Of a stretch of DNA of 64,000 nucleotides, positions 49,133 through 62,698 are shown one piece after another. The DNA is taken from assembly GCF_018350175.1 (NCBI RefSeq), contig NC_058368.1, forward strand, positions 233,122,001 through 233,186,000, in the 5' to 3' direction. Source of the stretch: Felis catus (Eukaryota). Made by a program: the position numbers and the translations under genes. Positions within the stretch are counted from its first letter, which is position 1, and the number at the start of each line of letters is the position of its first letter. The notes under the pieces were generated by a model. It ran no database searches. It had not been told where the DNA came from and worked only from the letters and a program-made list of their open reading frames with translations.

Positions 49133-49848
49133 CAAAGGGCCTTCTTTTAGAGGTACTGATGAATATTCATGTAACGGCTTCAGTTCAGAGGCAAAAAGAA
49201 AATACAGAAAATACGTACGGTGATGTTATCAGACTCTCCTTTATCTGAAAGATACAGTCTTCCCAACAGAAAAATATTACTGACTCTAATAATAGGTAGC
49301 AATGACACAAATGAATAGTTGGGTTTACTCTGCACCTTAGTCACTGCACTTGGGGAAATTCAAGGCCAGTGTAAAGCCTTCCCTCTGGTCTGGGCAAGCG
49401 ATGGGAGCCCCAGGCTCCCTCCTTCACGGGAAGGCAGAGAATGCACTTCTGAATCCACCAGTGAGCGTCAGGCTCCCATCCCTCACATCTTGGCTGTATT
49501 AGGGCTTCTCTGTCCCGTCCACCCTCTCTGCCTTCATGCTTCAAAGCCAAGTAATGCCAGCGCCTCAAATCGTAGGCGATCGTAAGGCTCCAAACCACAT
49601 TGAGATGGTTACATTTAAATATTTTTTAAACGTCCGTGTTAAGGTGCTGTGCAAACACCGGTTCCTCATTCCCTGCCTCCTCACCTTTGCATTCTTATTA
49701 CAAGTCAGTTTTCCGTTCCTTCTCCATCTCACTTGGTGGGACTATCTTACAAAAATCTCGAAGGACTTTTTCCTGAGTAAAGTAGAATGGGTGGGTAGCA
49801 AAAAGAAATCAATCGGTTATGTATCCACGTAATAATATGCAATAAATC

Positions 49849-50017
49849 GGGACGCCTCTGGGGGGCGCAGCTGGTTAAACAACAGACTCTTGATTTCTGC
49901 TCAGGTCACGATCAAGCCCCACGACGAGCTCTGTGCTGACAGCCCGGAGCCCGCTTGGGATTCTCTCCCTCTCTCTCTCTCTCTGCCCCGCCCCCCAAAA
50001 TAAATAAACATTAAAAA
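49849..50017 (+). mobile_element. Can-SINE (internally deleted)
   Basis: SINE head and tail. Confidence 0.88.
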
Positions 50018-50954
50018 CCATATACAATATACTTATTTTTTTTCATACTAGTAAGTGTATTTTCACACTAAATAAACTCATAGGAGAAAGGATCTGAAGC
50101 AGTCCGGTGATTTATTAACATTGTTGCCCAGATTGGGGAAAACTCCTGGAGAAAAGAAATGAGGGAGGCAGGCTTTGATTCATAGTCCGAAAGGAGTAGC
50201 CACAAAAGTCCTTCATTTACTTAATATGTATTAAATATATACTTCTGAAGCTTGCTGTTAATTTTAAATTAAAAAAAAAAAAAAAGCACAAGCCACATAA
50301 GGCAGGAAGAAATAGGTAAAATTAAGCTCAGAAGGAACACTGACCTGTTCAGGTACAAGGAGAAGTCCTCACGGAAAATCCAAAGTCGGAAGTGGGTGTT
50401 TGATGGATGGGCTGCGGCCGTGCACTGGGCTGGTTCTGTTCTTTCTCTCTGCTTTCCCATCGCACCAGGGTTTGTCAGACTGTGGTCTGTGACCTCAGGC
50501 CCTCGTGCGCCCTGTCGGTAGGGACGGCAGTGTTCCTCCAAGCCTCTCACAGGAGGTCGTGAGGATTAATGAGAACGTGTTTGCCACCCTCGTGTGCCTC
50601 AGAAAAAGATCGCGTCAAAATAGGAGACGTGTGGCCTTGGACCCTGAGAGGAAACTATGCCGGAACAAAGCATTGTCCCCTCGAGTGAAGAGAGAGTTCT
50701 ACCGCTCAATGGTCAGAAGGTCCTGATTTTTAATGCCCTGTGACTGAGTAGCCTTCCTATGTGAGAAGAAGCATTTCTTCCGATTCCCACACCAAAGTTC
50801 TCCTCTGGTCACTTGGAAGTAAGCATTATTTAAATTCATCACCAATGCTAGAAGATCTAGAAATCATGTGAAGACGAAATAAACATATTTTTATATCTGA
50901 CAATTGGTAGTTCCCATAGAGTCTCATGGGTTGAAAAACTTTTTTTAAAAATTC

Positions 50955-50957
50955 TAT

Positions 50958-50989
<32 letters not shown>

Positions 50990-51080
50990 ATCTAATTTAT
51001 TGTCAAGTTGGTCTCCATACCACACCCAGTGCTCACCCCAGCAGGTGCCCTCCTCCATGCCCATCGCCCGCTTGCCCCTC
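50955..51080 (-). mobile_element. Short L1 3' end
   Basis: (TTTA)n then reverse carnivore L1 tail. Confidence 0.8.
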
Positions 51081-51133
51081 TAGGAAACGTCAAAGGGAAC
51101 CCAAGGTCACAAACTCAAGCTCTTCGCATCATG

Positions 51134-51361
51134 CAGGTGTTTCCCACTTTCCAGAAGGTCACATTATGCCACTTCACTTTGGCAAAAGACCTACCTTTGT
51201 ACCTGTTTTCACGAAACGGACGTAATCCAAAGAGGATGTTTGCTTTTCCAAAAAAAAAAAAAAAAAGTTATGACCATCCTAATATGCTTTTCACTTCACA
51301 CCATTTCAGTTTATGAAAGGTTTCATAGAACATTCTGCTTTTGGACAGTGGGGGAAACCTG
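51134..51361. mobile_element. Tigger-family (TcMar) MITE
   Basis: TIRs caggtgtttccc / ggggaaacctg with TA on the right flank. Confidence 0.6.
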
Positions 51362-52217
51362 TATTGTGATGTCTGTTACCTAATATCCATCCCATAATAG
51401 GTACTGAATCTTTTCATAGAAATGCTTTTTTTTCTTGCCTCTAATGTCTGAGTCATTCTAGTTATTTAATTGGCCATTTTTTTCATATGTTTTGAACATG
51501 ATCATAATACATTTCAGCTATAAAAGCATTTCATATAATTTGTGGCTTTCGTGGCTTTTCACTAATACAAAAGAATTTGGCATAAACCGATGTTAGAGAA
51601 TCGTGCCAACAGAATCAGACATTAACATGCTGAGGCCAAACTAAACTAACTCTTTGTAGTTAAAACGTGTTTTGGCTGTTGGTTCATTTGCTTAATGCAA
51701 CTCCATTAAGTGGGTAATTTTAGATTAGATCTGCTGCCTTTACTCAAATCAACACTCCTTCTCCATCTGCTCTAAATTCTTAACAACGTGGTTTGGCCAT
51801 TACCAAGTGCACAGGTAAGGATAATCTATCGACTCAAATACCTCCTATTTTTCCAGAAAGTCACAGGCTCTGATAATGAGGATAGGAGGCACCCGAAACA
51901 CAGTAAGAATAGAGCTGAAAATATCAAACACAATTAAAAGCTCAAACACCACCTACGTTAGCGAAAATTATTTCATAATTTGATCTGTACGGTATTTCAG
52001 GAATTGTGGCAAGGAAGAATGGTAGGACGAAAATATAAAGTACGCTTACAGCAACAGCAATGGCTGATTAAGAAATGGCTGATGTAAGCAGAGGGAAGTG
52101 CACAAGTCAGTTTACTTATAGATAAGCACATTCCGAGTGGTCACTTTCATTATAGGAGATCAAATGAATTTACGTGAAGGAATTTTTATTTCCCGATGAT
52201 TGTAAGAGTGGGTCAGA

Positions 52218-52440
52218 GGGGCGCCTGGGTGGCGCAGTCGGTTAAGCGTCCGACTTCAGCCAGGTCACGATCTCACGGTCCGTGAGTTCGAGCCCCGCGT
52301 CGGGCTCTGGGCTGATGGCTCAGAGCCTGGAGCCTGTTTCCGATTCTGTGTCTCCCTCTCTCTCTGCCCCTTGCCCGTTCATGCTCTGTCTCTCTCTCTG
52401 TCCCAAAAATAAATAAACGTTGAAAAAAAAATTTTTAAAA
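52218..52440 (+). mobile_element. Young feline Can-SINE
   Basis: TSD aagagtgggtcaga. Confidence 0.97.
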
Positions 52441-52487
52441 AGAGTGGGTCAGAAGGAACAGAAGCAACTCAGTGGGCGTCCAAATTC

Positions 52488-52950
52488 AGGGGTACTCAAA
52501 ATTGACTGCATGTTAGAGCCACCAGGGGAGGTAAGGAATACAGATGGCCCCGATTCCACGGACTGGGATGCAGTGGTGCTGGGAAGGCCAGGACGTAGTA
52601 TCTCTGGAAATCTCTACAGGTGACTTTAACACGCAGCAAGAATTGAGGTTCGTGTTTAGCTCAAATCACTTACATGGAAAAGTCACATTCTCTGTATTTT
52701 CTTGCCCTAGAGCCAATGGTCAAATAGAACTGCCACCTGCGTTCTGCCAGGGGTCTTCTGTGACCACCTGGCTGAGATCAATTCCCTAGACAAGTGCCGC
52801 TCAAACTTCCCCTGGCATAGGAATCATCTGGAAATGCTCTGCCTCAGAAGGTCTCCGGCAGGGTCCACAATTCAGCATTATTAACAAGCCCCCAGGGGAT
52901 GCTGAGGCTGAAGAGGCTGGCGGACCAGACACCACATTTTGAGTGCTGGA
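52488..52950. mobile_element. Two MER5-like hAT-Charlie fragments
   Basis: 'caggggtactcaaa...caggtgactttaac' and 'gctcaaactt...ggaatcatctgg...accacattttgagt'. Confidence 0.6.
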
Positions 52951-54292
52951 GTCTAGACTTTATTCGCTTAATAAACACCATTCCTTGTAAACACCATTAC
53001 AAAAATGTCAATACATTGTATTAGTGGGAAGAAGAGGAAGATTCAGTAAACTGTCAATGAATCACTCTCCACACCAATTATTAGAATGTGCCACGTCTTG
53101 ATTTCTTCCTACTCACAGGCAACATAAGCATAACAACAATTTCAGTGAAGTTCTGTCGCTTTGTAAATAAATATTTCTTACCTGGGAATTCTGACATTAC
53201 CCACTCCTTAGGTCCAGGCGACTGCCTCCTGCACCTGTTACAAATCGTATTCCACAGACTTGCCCGTGTAAGAACTACACCTTTACTCTATGTATCTCCA
53301 CCTAGTATTGAATTTGAATTACCGGTGACCTAGCCGGGTGAAAAGCAGAGCTAGCTCTTTGGGGTTCATCTTCCAACATCTTCCAACATCTTCCAACAGA
53401 CGTCTTCAGAGGCTCCACAGCTCTGGGCCTCTCTCGTGCCCAGGCGCTGGATGGGGAGGGGCCAACAAGGTTCTCCCTCATTAGTCCACAAAATAGCCTG
53501 CCCATAGCACCATAGCAGAGGGCCAAACACACACCCAGTACTCTTTGATGGACTGGATTGAGTGATTTACAACTCACTGCGGGGGACATCCACCTCAGTG
53601 ATTCACTCAACCTATTTTTTATTTATGGACAGATAAGACAATTCCCTATGACATAAATGGTATCATGATGGCCATCATATCCATCTCAGAGCACTTGGCC
53701 AATTTTTCTAGGTGACATGCGCATAGGCAAAGGGATTTAACGAGATATGTAAAAGCCCTCCTAACGTTTCCACTGAATAAAGCTTCATTGAGCCACATGA
53801 TGTTCCCGGTTTTACCACCTGCTGCCAATGCTGTTACCACTTTTTGTAAACTTCTCTACTCCGATAAACGAACAATATCATCATTTAAATTTTCTTTTTG
53901 AGGTATTTTCTATTCATGACGTACCATTTTTTCTAACAAAGTTTTTTGTCTTTTAATTTAATTTGAAAAAGTTCTTTTTGTCACGGTGCCTGTATTTGTC
54001 TTGATTGGGGGTGGATTTGCCCCACACTGCGTCCTCTTTCCCAGAAGTGCATATATGAGTCTTTAGAATGTCCCCTGCATGCCAGGGGCCAAGAATGCTC
54101 CAGAAACAGTTTTCTTGCTTCAACTACAGCAAAAGAACCTAGAGTCACTGAAGACAATCCTTGGCCAACCCCTTCCAGGGCCATAACCCTTATCTCTATC
54201 CCTAGCCAAGGGCAAGCTACAGCAGACGTGCCTTATGTACTTCTGAGATAGCGAACAATTTTCACGTGTAGTAGAATCTAAACAGAAATTGT

Positions 54293-54690
54293 CGGGCCTC
54301 CAGGGAAGATAGTGAATTAGAAGGATCCTAAGCTTACCTCATCCCATGGGTACACCTCGATAACACCCGTATCACTGCAAATAACTTAGAACATGCACCA
54401 AAGACTGGCAGAAGAGACTCTCCACAGCTAAATGTAGAGAAGAGGCATGTCAAAGAGGGTAGGAAGGGTGGAGACATGGTCTGGATCCAAACATACAGGT
54501 AGGACTGTCCATGAGCGTGAAGGACACCAAGGGAGGAGAGAGGGCAGAGGAAAAGACCTCACGCCAGGCACCCCAAGCACGAGGGACCCACACTGGGAAG
54601 TTTCAAACTCATAACATTTGAGTCTGAAAATCAGAGGAGCCTAACTTCATGAGTTCTTATAATCAGTGGGGATTCTTCTCTGATGCCTAG
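54293..54690 (+). mobile_element. Carnivore L1 5' UTR fragment
   Basis: 'gaagatagtgaattagaaggatcctaagcttacctcatccca', L1 5'-end-like. Confidence 0.6.
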
Positions 54691-57366
54691 ACAGCAGTTC
54701 TACCCTGCATTTTTCTTTCTTTTTTTTAATATATTTTCAAGTCAGCTAACATACATTGTATGCAGCGTGCTCTTGGTTTCAGGGTAGACTCCCATGATTC
54801 ATCGCTTACATACAGCACCCAGTGCTCATCCCAACAAGTGGCCTCCTCGATGCCTAAAACCCATTTTCCCCTCCCCCCCCCCACCATAGACCCTCAGTTT
54901 GTTCTCTGTACTTAAGAGTCTCTTACGGTTTGCCTCCCTCTCTGTTGGAAACTGTATTTCCCCTTTCCTTCCCCCATGGTCTTCTGTTAAGTTTCTCAAA
55001 TTCCACATACAAATCAAAACATATGGTGTCTGTCTTTCTCTGCCTGACTTATTTCACTTAGCATAATACCCTCCAGTTCCATCCACGTTGCTGCAAATGG
55101 CAAGATTTCATTCTTTCTCTCTGCCAAGTAGTATTCCATTGTATGTATAAACCACATCTTCTTTATCCATTCATCCATCAAATGGACACCTGGGCTCTTT
55201 CTATAACATGGCTATTGTTGAAAGCGCGGCTATAAACATTGAGTGAGATACAAGTGTTTCTATGAATCAGCATTCCTTTATCCTTTGGATAAATTCCTAG
55301 TAGCTGTTGCTGAATTGTACGGTAGTTCTATTTTTCCACACCATTTTCCAGAGCAGCTGCACTAGTTTGCATTCCCACCAACAGTGCAAGAGGGTTCCCG
55401 TTTCTCCACATCCTTGCCAACATCTGTTGTTTCCTGCATTATTAATTTTAGACACTCTGACCAGTGTGAGGTGGTATCTCAGTGTGGTTTTGATTTGTAT
55501 TTCTCTGACGTTGAGTGATGATGAGCATCTTTTCGTGTGCTTGTTGGCCATCTGGATATCGTCTTTGGAAAAGTGTCTATTCATGTCTTCTGCCCATTTC
55601 TTCACTGGATTATTTGTTTTTCAGATGTTAAGTTTGGTAAGTTCTTTTATAGATTTGAGATACTAACCCTTTCTCTGATATGTCATTTGCAAATATCTTC
55701 TCCCATTCTGTCGGTTGCCTTTTAGTTTTGCTGATTGTTTCCTTTGCAGTGCAGATTTTTATCTTGATGAGGTCCCAATAGTTCATTTTTGCTTTTATTT
55801 CCCTTGCCTTCTGAGACATGTTGAGTAAGAAGTTGCTGCAGCTGAGGTCAAAGAGGTTGTTGCCTATTTTCTCCTCTAGAGTTTTGATGGTTTCCTGTCT
55901 CACATTTAGGTCTTTCATCCATTTTGAGTTTATTTTTGTGTCTGGTGTAAGACGGTGGTCCAGTTTCATTCTTCTGTGGGTTGCTGTCCAGTTCTCCCAG
56001 CACCATTTGCTGAAGAGATGGGCTTTTTTCCATTGGATGCTCTTTCCTGCTTTGTTAAAGATTAGTTGGCCACACATTTGTGGGTCCAATTCTAGGTTCT
56101 CTATTCTATTCCATTGGTCTATGTGTCTGCTTTTATGCCAATGCCATACTATCTTGATGATTATAGCTTTGTAGTAGGGGCTAAAGTCTGCGATTATGAT
56201 GCCTCCCACTTTGGTTTTCTTTTTCAACATTACTTTGGCTATTGGGGTTTATTTGTGGTTCCATATAAAACTTAGGATCATTTGTTCTAGGTTTGAGAAG
56301 AATGCCAGTGAAATTTGGATTGGGATTGCATTGAATATGTAGATTCCTTTGGGTAGTATTGATATTGTGACAATACTTGTTAAATATCCAATCCAGGAGC
56401 ATGGGATATTTTTCCATATCTTTGTGTCTTCTTCAATTTCTTTCATTTCCATACTTTTCAGCATCGAGATCTTTTACATCTTTGTTTAGGTTTATTCCTA
56501 GGTATTTTATGGCTCTTGATGCAATTGTAAACTGGATCGATTTTTTTTTATTTCTCTTTGTGTTGCTTCATTATTGGTGTATGGAAATGCAACTGAGGTC
56601 TGTACGTTGATTTTGTATCCCACGACTTTGATGAATTCATGCATCAGTTCTAGCAGCTTTTTTGTGGACTTTCAGGTTTTCCATGTAGAGTATCATGTCA
56701 TCTGGGAAAAGTGAAAGTTTGACTTCCTTTTAGCCAATTTGGAAGTCCTTAATTTCATTTTGTTGTCTGATTGCGGAGGGTAGGACTTCTAACACTTTGT
56801 TAAAAAATGGTGGTGAGAGTGGACATCCCTGTCATGTACTTGATTTCAGGGGGAAAGCTCTGAGTTTTTCCCCATTGAGGATGATGTTATCTGTGGGCTT
56901 TTTATATATGGCTTTTATGATGTTAAGGTGTGTTCCTTCTATCCCAACTTTCTTGAGGGATTTTGTTAAGAAGGAATATTGTATTTTGTCAAATGCTTTT
57001 TCTGCATCAATTGACAGGATCATATGGTTCTTACCCTTTCTTCTATTAATGTGATGTATCACATTGATTGATGTGAATATTGAACCAGTCCTGAAGCCTA
57101 GGAATGAATCCCACTTGATCATGGTGAATAATTATTTTAATACACTGTTGAATTCGATGTGCTAGTATCTTGTTGAGAATTTTTGCATCCATGTTCATCA
57201 GGGATATTGGCCTGTAATTCTCCTTTTTAGTAGGGTCTCTGTCTTGTTTGGGAATCAAGGTCATGGTGACTTCATAGAATGAGTCCAGAAGGTTTCCTTC
57301 CATTTCTATTTTTTTGGAACAGCTTAAGAAGGACAGGTATTAACTCTGCTTTAAATGTCTGGTAGA

Positions 57367-57444
57367 TGTTGGGATGAGCACTGGGTGTTGTATGGAAACC
57401 AATTTGACAATAAATTTCATATATTTAATAAATAAATAAATAAA
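57367..57444 (+). mobile_element. Tiny L1 3' tail inserted into the larger L1
   Basis: TSD taaatgtctggtaga (57352-57366 and 57445-57459). Confidence 0.9.
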
Positions 57445-59681
57445 TAAATGTCTGGTAGAATTCCCCTGGGAAGCCATCTGGCCCAGGAATCTAATTTCTT
57501 GGGAGATTTTTGATAACTGATTCCATTTCTTTGCTGGTTATGGGTCTGTTCAAATTTTCTATTTCTTCCTGTTTGAGTTTTGGTAGTGTGTGGGTGTCTA
57601 GAAATTTTTCCATTTCGTCCAGGTTGCCCAGTTTGTTAGCTATTATTTTTCATAGTATTTTCTAATAATTGTTTGTATTTCTGTGGTGTTGGTTGTGATC
57701 TCTCCTCTTTCATTCGTGATTATATCTATTTGGGTTCTCCCTCTTTTCTTTTTGAGAAGTCTGGCTAGGGGCTCATCAATTTTGTTAATTTTTTCAAAAA
57801 GCCATCTGTTCTAATGTTTTCTTGGATTCTGTATTGTTTGTTTCTGTTCTAATCTTTATTATTTCTCTTCTTCTTTTGGCTTTGGGGTTTCTTTGCTATT
57901 CTCACTCTAGTTCCTTTAGGTGTGCAGTTCGGTTTTGTATTTGGGATTTTTCTTGTTTCTTGATATAAGTTTGGATTGTAATGTATTTTCTCCTTAGGAC
58001 TGTCTTTGCTGCATCCCAAAGGGTTTGGACTGTCATGTTTTCATTTTCATTTGCTTCCATATATTTTTTAATTTCTTCTTTAATTGTGTGGTTGACCCAT
58101 TCATTCTTTAGTAAGATGTTCTTTAACCTCCATGCATTTGGAGGTTTTACAAATTTTTTTCTTGTGGTTGATTTTAAGTTTCATAGCATTGTGATCTGAA
58201 AATATACATGGTATGATCTCAACTCTTTTATATTTATTGAGGGTTGTTTTGTGAGCCACTACGTGATATATCTTAGAGAATACTCCACGTGCACTTGAGA
58301 AGAATGTGTATTCTGCTATTTTGGGGTGAAAAGTTCTTAATATATCCGCCAAGTTCATCTGGTCCAGTGTATCATTCAAGGCCATTGTTTCTTTATTTAT
58401 TTTCTGACTACATAATCTGTCCATCGTTATAAGTGGAGTATTAAAGTCCTTGCAATTACTGTATTCTTACCAATAAGATTGCTTATGTTTGTGATTAATC
58501 GATTTATATATTTGGGTGTCTCAAGTTGGGGGATAGACATTTATAATTGTTAGCTCTCCCTGATGGATAGACCCCGTAATTGTTACATAATGTCCTTCTT
58601 CATCTCTTGTCATAGCCCTTAGTTTAAAATCTAGTTTGTCTGATATAAGTATGGCTACTCCAGCTTTCTTTTGACTTCCAGTAGCATGATAAATAGTTCT
58701 CCATCCCCTCACTCTCAATCTAAAGGTGTCCTCAGGTCTAAAGTGGGTCTCTTGTAGGCAGCATATAGACAGATCTTGTTTTTTTATCCATTCTGATACC
58801 CTATGTCTTTTGGTTGGAGCATTTAGCCCATTTATATTCAGAGTTATTATTGAAATATATGGATTTAGTGTTTTTGTGTTATCTATAGGTTTCATGCTTG
58901 TGGTGATATTTCTGGTCCTTTGTAGTCCTTGCAATGTTCCACTCACAGAGTCCCCCTTAGATCTCCTGCAGGGCTGGTTTAGTGGTCATGAATCCTTCAG
59001 TTTTTGTCTGGGAAAGCCTTTATCTCTCTTTCTATTCTGAATGACAGCTTTGCTGGATAAAGGATTCTTAGATGCATATTTTTCCTCTTCGGCACATTGA
59101 ATATTTCCTGCCACTCCCTTCTGGCCTGCCAAGTTTCAGTGGACAGGTCTGCCACTACCCTCACATGTCTACCCTTGTAGGTTAAGGCCTATTTGTCCCT
59201 AACTTCTTTCAGGACTCTCTCTTTATCTTTGTATTTTGCCAGTTTCACTATGATATGCCATGGAGAAGACCTATTCTTGTTATATCTGAAAGTTCTTGGA
59301 TGTGGATGTCTGCCTCCTTCCCCAAATTAGGGAAGCTCTCCACTATAATTTGTTCACGTAACCTTCTGCCCCTTTCTCTCTCTTCTTCTTCTTCTTCTGG
59401 AACTCCTATGATGCAGACACTATTACGTTTTATTGAATCACGTAGTTCTTTAATTCTCCCCTTGTGGTCTAGTATTTTCTTATTTCTCTGTTTCTCAGTC
59501 TCATCGTTTTCCATAATTTTATCTTTTATGTCAACCAACAACCAGAATAACCAGAATAGAGAAGGAAAGGAATAAGAGGAAGAAAAGGAAGAAGAAGGAA
59601 GAAAAAACAAAAACAAAATTTATACATATATATATACACATTTGTGTATATATGTATATATGTATGCATATACATTTATGG

Positions 59682-59914
59682 TTTTTTTTTATTTTTTTTT
59701 TAATTTTTTTTCAATGTTTATTTATTTTTGGGACAGAGAGAGACAGAGCATGAATGGGGGAGGGGCAGAGAGAGAGGGAGACACAGAATCGGAAGCAGGC
59801 TCCAGGCTCTGAGCCATCAGCCCAGAGCCCGACGTGGGGCTCGAACTCACCGACCGCGAGATCGTGACCTGGCTGAAGTCGGACGCTTAACCGACTGCAC
59901 CACCCAGGCGCCCC
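59682..59914 (-). mobile_element. Feline Can-SINE in a (TA)n tract inside the L1
   Basis: SINE consensus; TSD tatacatttatg. Confidence 0.95.
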
Positions 59915-60244
59915 TGTATATACATTTATGTATATATGTATGTGTATATATAAATATACACATATAAATATATATGTATACACACACATATATATAATAA
60001 TAATTGACCAAGAATCAAATCAGAAAATACAAAACCTCTGGACAAACATCTGATGGTGCCTTGTCACCAGTGCTGTGCTTGTCTGGAGGAGGGTCTGTGT
60101 CCTCGGTCAATGTCAGTCTTCCTTGTTAGATGCCCAGTTATCAGGCACAGAGGGGTGTGGTTGGAGGTGGGTGGGTCCCACCTCCCCTGTGGGCCCACTG
60201 CCAGTTCCCTGAGGCCCCATCTTGTTGGTGATGGGGAGAAAACT

Positions 60245-60935
60245 GGCGATACTCCAGTCTCTCTCCCCCAGATTGGGTGTCTTAAACCACTCTGTTCAGG
60301 CCGTCCTCACAGTGCCCCATGGTTTGTCCTGCTCCACAGTCTCCCGTGCCACACCGTGTCTTAAAGGATCCCCCTCCATGTGCCCCATTTCCAGGGTACT
60401 CCCACTCTCTGCCAGCCAGCTGACAAAGGGCCTCTGGCTAGTGGGAGCCTGCAGAGTTTTGTTTTTTTTTCCCCTTGGAGGCTATATGCCTTCTTCCCGG
60501 AGCACTCAAGGAGGGGACTGTACTCTGAGCCGGCTACTGAGCCCGGGGCTGGCTCCTTCCTCCCCAGGCCCCACGGGGGGGGGGGGGGGCGATACTCCAG
60601 TCTCTCTCCCCCAGATTGGGTGTCTTAAACCACTCTGTTCAGGCCGTCCTCACAGTGCCCCATGGTTTGTCCTGCTCCACAGTCTCCCGTGCCACACCGT
60701 GTCTTAAAGGATCCCCCTCCATGTGCCCCATTTCCAGGGTACTCCCACTCTCTGCCAGCCAGCTGACAAAGGGCCTCTGGCTAGTGGGAGCCTGCAGAGT
60801 TTTGTTTTTTTTTCCCCTTGGAGGCTATATGCCTTCTTCCCGGAGCACTCAAGGAGGGGACTGTACTCTGAGCCGGCTACTGAGCCCGGGGCTGGCTCCT
60901 TCCTCCCCAGGCCCCACGGGGGGGGGGGGGGGGGG
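60245..60935. repeat. 343-bp near-perfect tandem duplication in the L1 5' UTR
   Basis: gatactccagtctc at 60248 and 60591; each copy ends in a poly-G run. Confidence 0.95.
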
Positions 60936-61851
60936 GGGGAGGGGGGGGAGGAGGGGTGGGCAGGCCCCAGTCCGGAGAAAGCCCCACAACCCTAGAATGA
61001 GGTAGACGTTGGTTCTTTCTCCATTTTTTTCTGTTCCCTGGTCCATGGTTTTTCTCTTGTCTAAATTCAACCCTACACATCCACACCCTCTGTTTCTCTT
61101 CCTTTAGTGTCTCCATAGAAGGGGATCCTTCCCCTCCGTGCCAATGCCTCCCGTTTTATCTCTCCCAATTCTCCATGAGCCCAATTCCCAATTCTCCATT
61201 CCCCATGGGCCCCTGTAGATGTTTCTTTCGCTCTGTGGCCCAGATTCCTGAAATTCCCGGTCTTCTGGCCTCAATACTGCTAGTTTTGGGGGATAAGGCA
61301 ACTTCAGGGGAAACACAACCATAGGATTACTTCAATTTGAAAAATCCTGAAATTCTCTGATTTTGCTTTTAAACATATGTTTTAGATGTAGTCATGGGTA
61401 GCCAAGGACACTTTCGGGGACCTTCTATGAGAGGAGCCTCATTTGCCTAGTTTTAGGCTTTTGTTTGCAACAGGCTAAATAAAATTCTAGGAGAAAAAAA
61501 TTGAGGAAGCAATACTTTTGTATTAAATTGAGGAAGATAGCGAGCATTTTGTTGTGGGCAGAAATACATAAGAGCAAGAAACACTAATTTGAACTACTCT
61601 TGAATTCCCTGAGCCCAGTTGCCATGGAGATCATTCTCCTCACCTGGTGCACTTGTGACAATTAAGATGAACCACTGGTTTTGTACTTTGTGTTTTGGTA
61701 TTTTGGTCCCTGTGTGTTCTTGAATTTATATAGAAAATTCACACCGGGATAAAGTATTCCCATGCTGGGTATCACCCCCAGAGATGTCAGTTTCCTTGTT
61801 TAATGGTCTGCTCTGGACATCAGAAGGTTGTTTTAAAGGTTCCAAGATTAA

Positions 61852-62093
61852 GGGCGCCTGGGTGGCGCAGTCGGTTAAGCGTCCGACTTCAGCCAGGTCA
61901 CGATCTCGCGGTCCGGGAGTTCGAGCCCTGCGTCGGGCTCTGGGCTGATGGCTCAGAGCCTGGAGCCTGTTTCCGATTCTGTGTCTCCCTCTCTCTCTGC
62001 CCCTCCCCTGTTCATGCTCTGTCTCTCTCTGTCCCAAAAATAAATAAACGTTGAAAAAAAAATTTTTAAATAAATAAATAAATAAATAAATAA
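61852..62093 (+). mobile_element. Young feline Can-SINE within a MER5-like element
   Basis: TSD taaaggttccaagatta. Confidence 0.96.
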
Positions 62094-62589
62094 AGGTTCC
62101 AAGATTACAATGTGGTCCAGCCAGGATTGCAAATCCCCGATTTTGTTAGATCTTAATCCGTCCCCAAACTTATTTCAAAAATTAAGGCAGGAAAATTCTA
62201 CATCTGGAAAGATGGAGGGGACGTACAAATATGCATCTTGTCCTTCTTCCCAGCACGTGGTAAGGGTGAACTTCTGGTCCTATTAAAAATGAGAATGGCA
62301 GATAATAATTTCCTCTGGCCTTTGATAGGTGAAAGGAGGTGAAATATTTCACTGCAGGTTAGAAGCTTTGGGAGCCCAATATATGATCTGGCAGGTTCCC
62401 TTTGACCTGCTGGGGCAATTGCCAAAACTCACTGAGGTAAATGTTCGTCCATCTGAACCTTGGGTAACTATGATGAGAACATCCCTTCCAACCTGCATTG
62501 AAGAAGTCATACAAACAAGAGATAAGAATCATTACCTTCAACCACTGAGATTTTGGGGATTCTCTGTTACTTCAGCAAAAGAAGTAACT

Positions 62590-62698
62590 GTCAGTGCAGA
62601 GCCCAATATAGGGCTCGAACCACACACTGTGAGATCATGACCTGAGCCTAAATCATGAGTCAGAGGCTTAACTGACTGAGCCCTCCGCCAGGCGCCCC
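62590..62698 (-). mobile_element. Truncated Can-SINE
   Basis: Reverse SINE head only. Confidence 0.85.

Larger units (their letters stand above)
54712..61320 (-). mobile_element. Near full-length carnivore L1, disrupted (ORF2 ~55300-58900, ORF1 part ~58990-59540)
   Basis: EN (ITLNINGLN, CCLQETHF), RT ([26 protein letters not shown]), C-terminal HCWWEC; ORF1 (RNSVCIIGVPE); poly-T at the left end; multiple frameshifts. Confidence 0.95.

Noticed and set aside
5268..62054. Recurrent near-identical short ORFs (GAPGWRSRLSVRLQPGHD..., MGQRETEHE...) and tRNA-like boxes
   Set aside because: Translations and heads of Can-SINEs, not genes or functional tRNAs.
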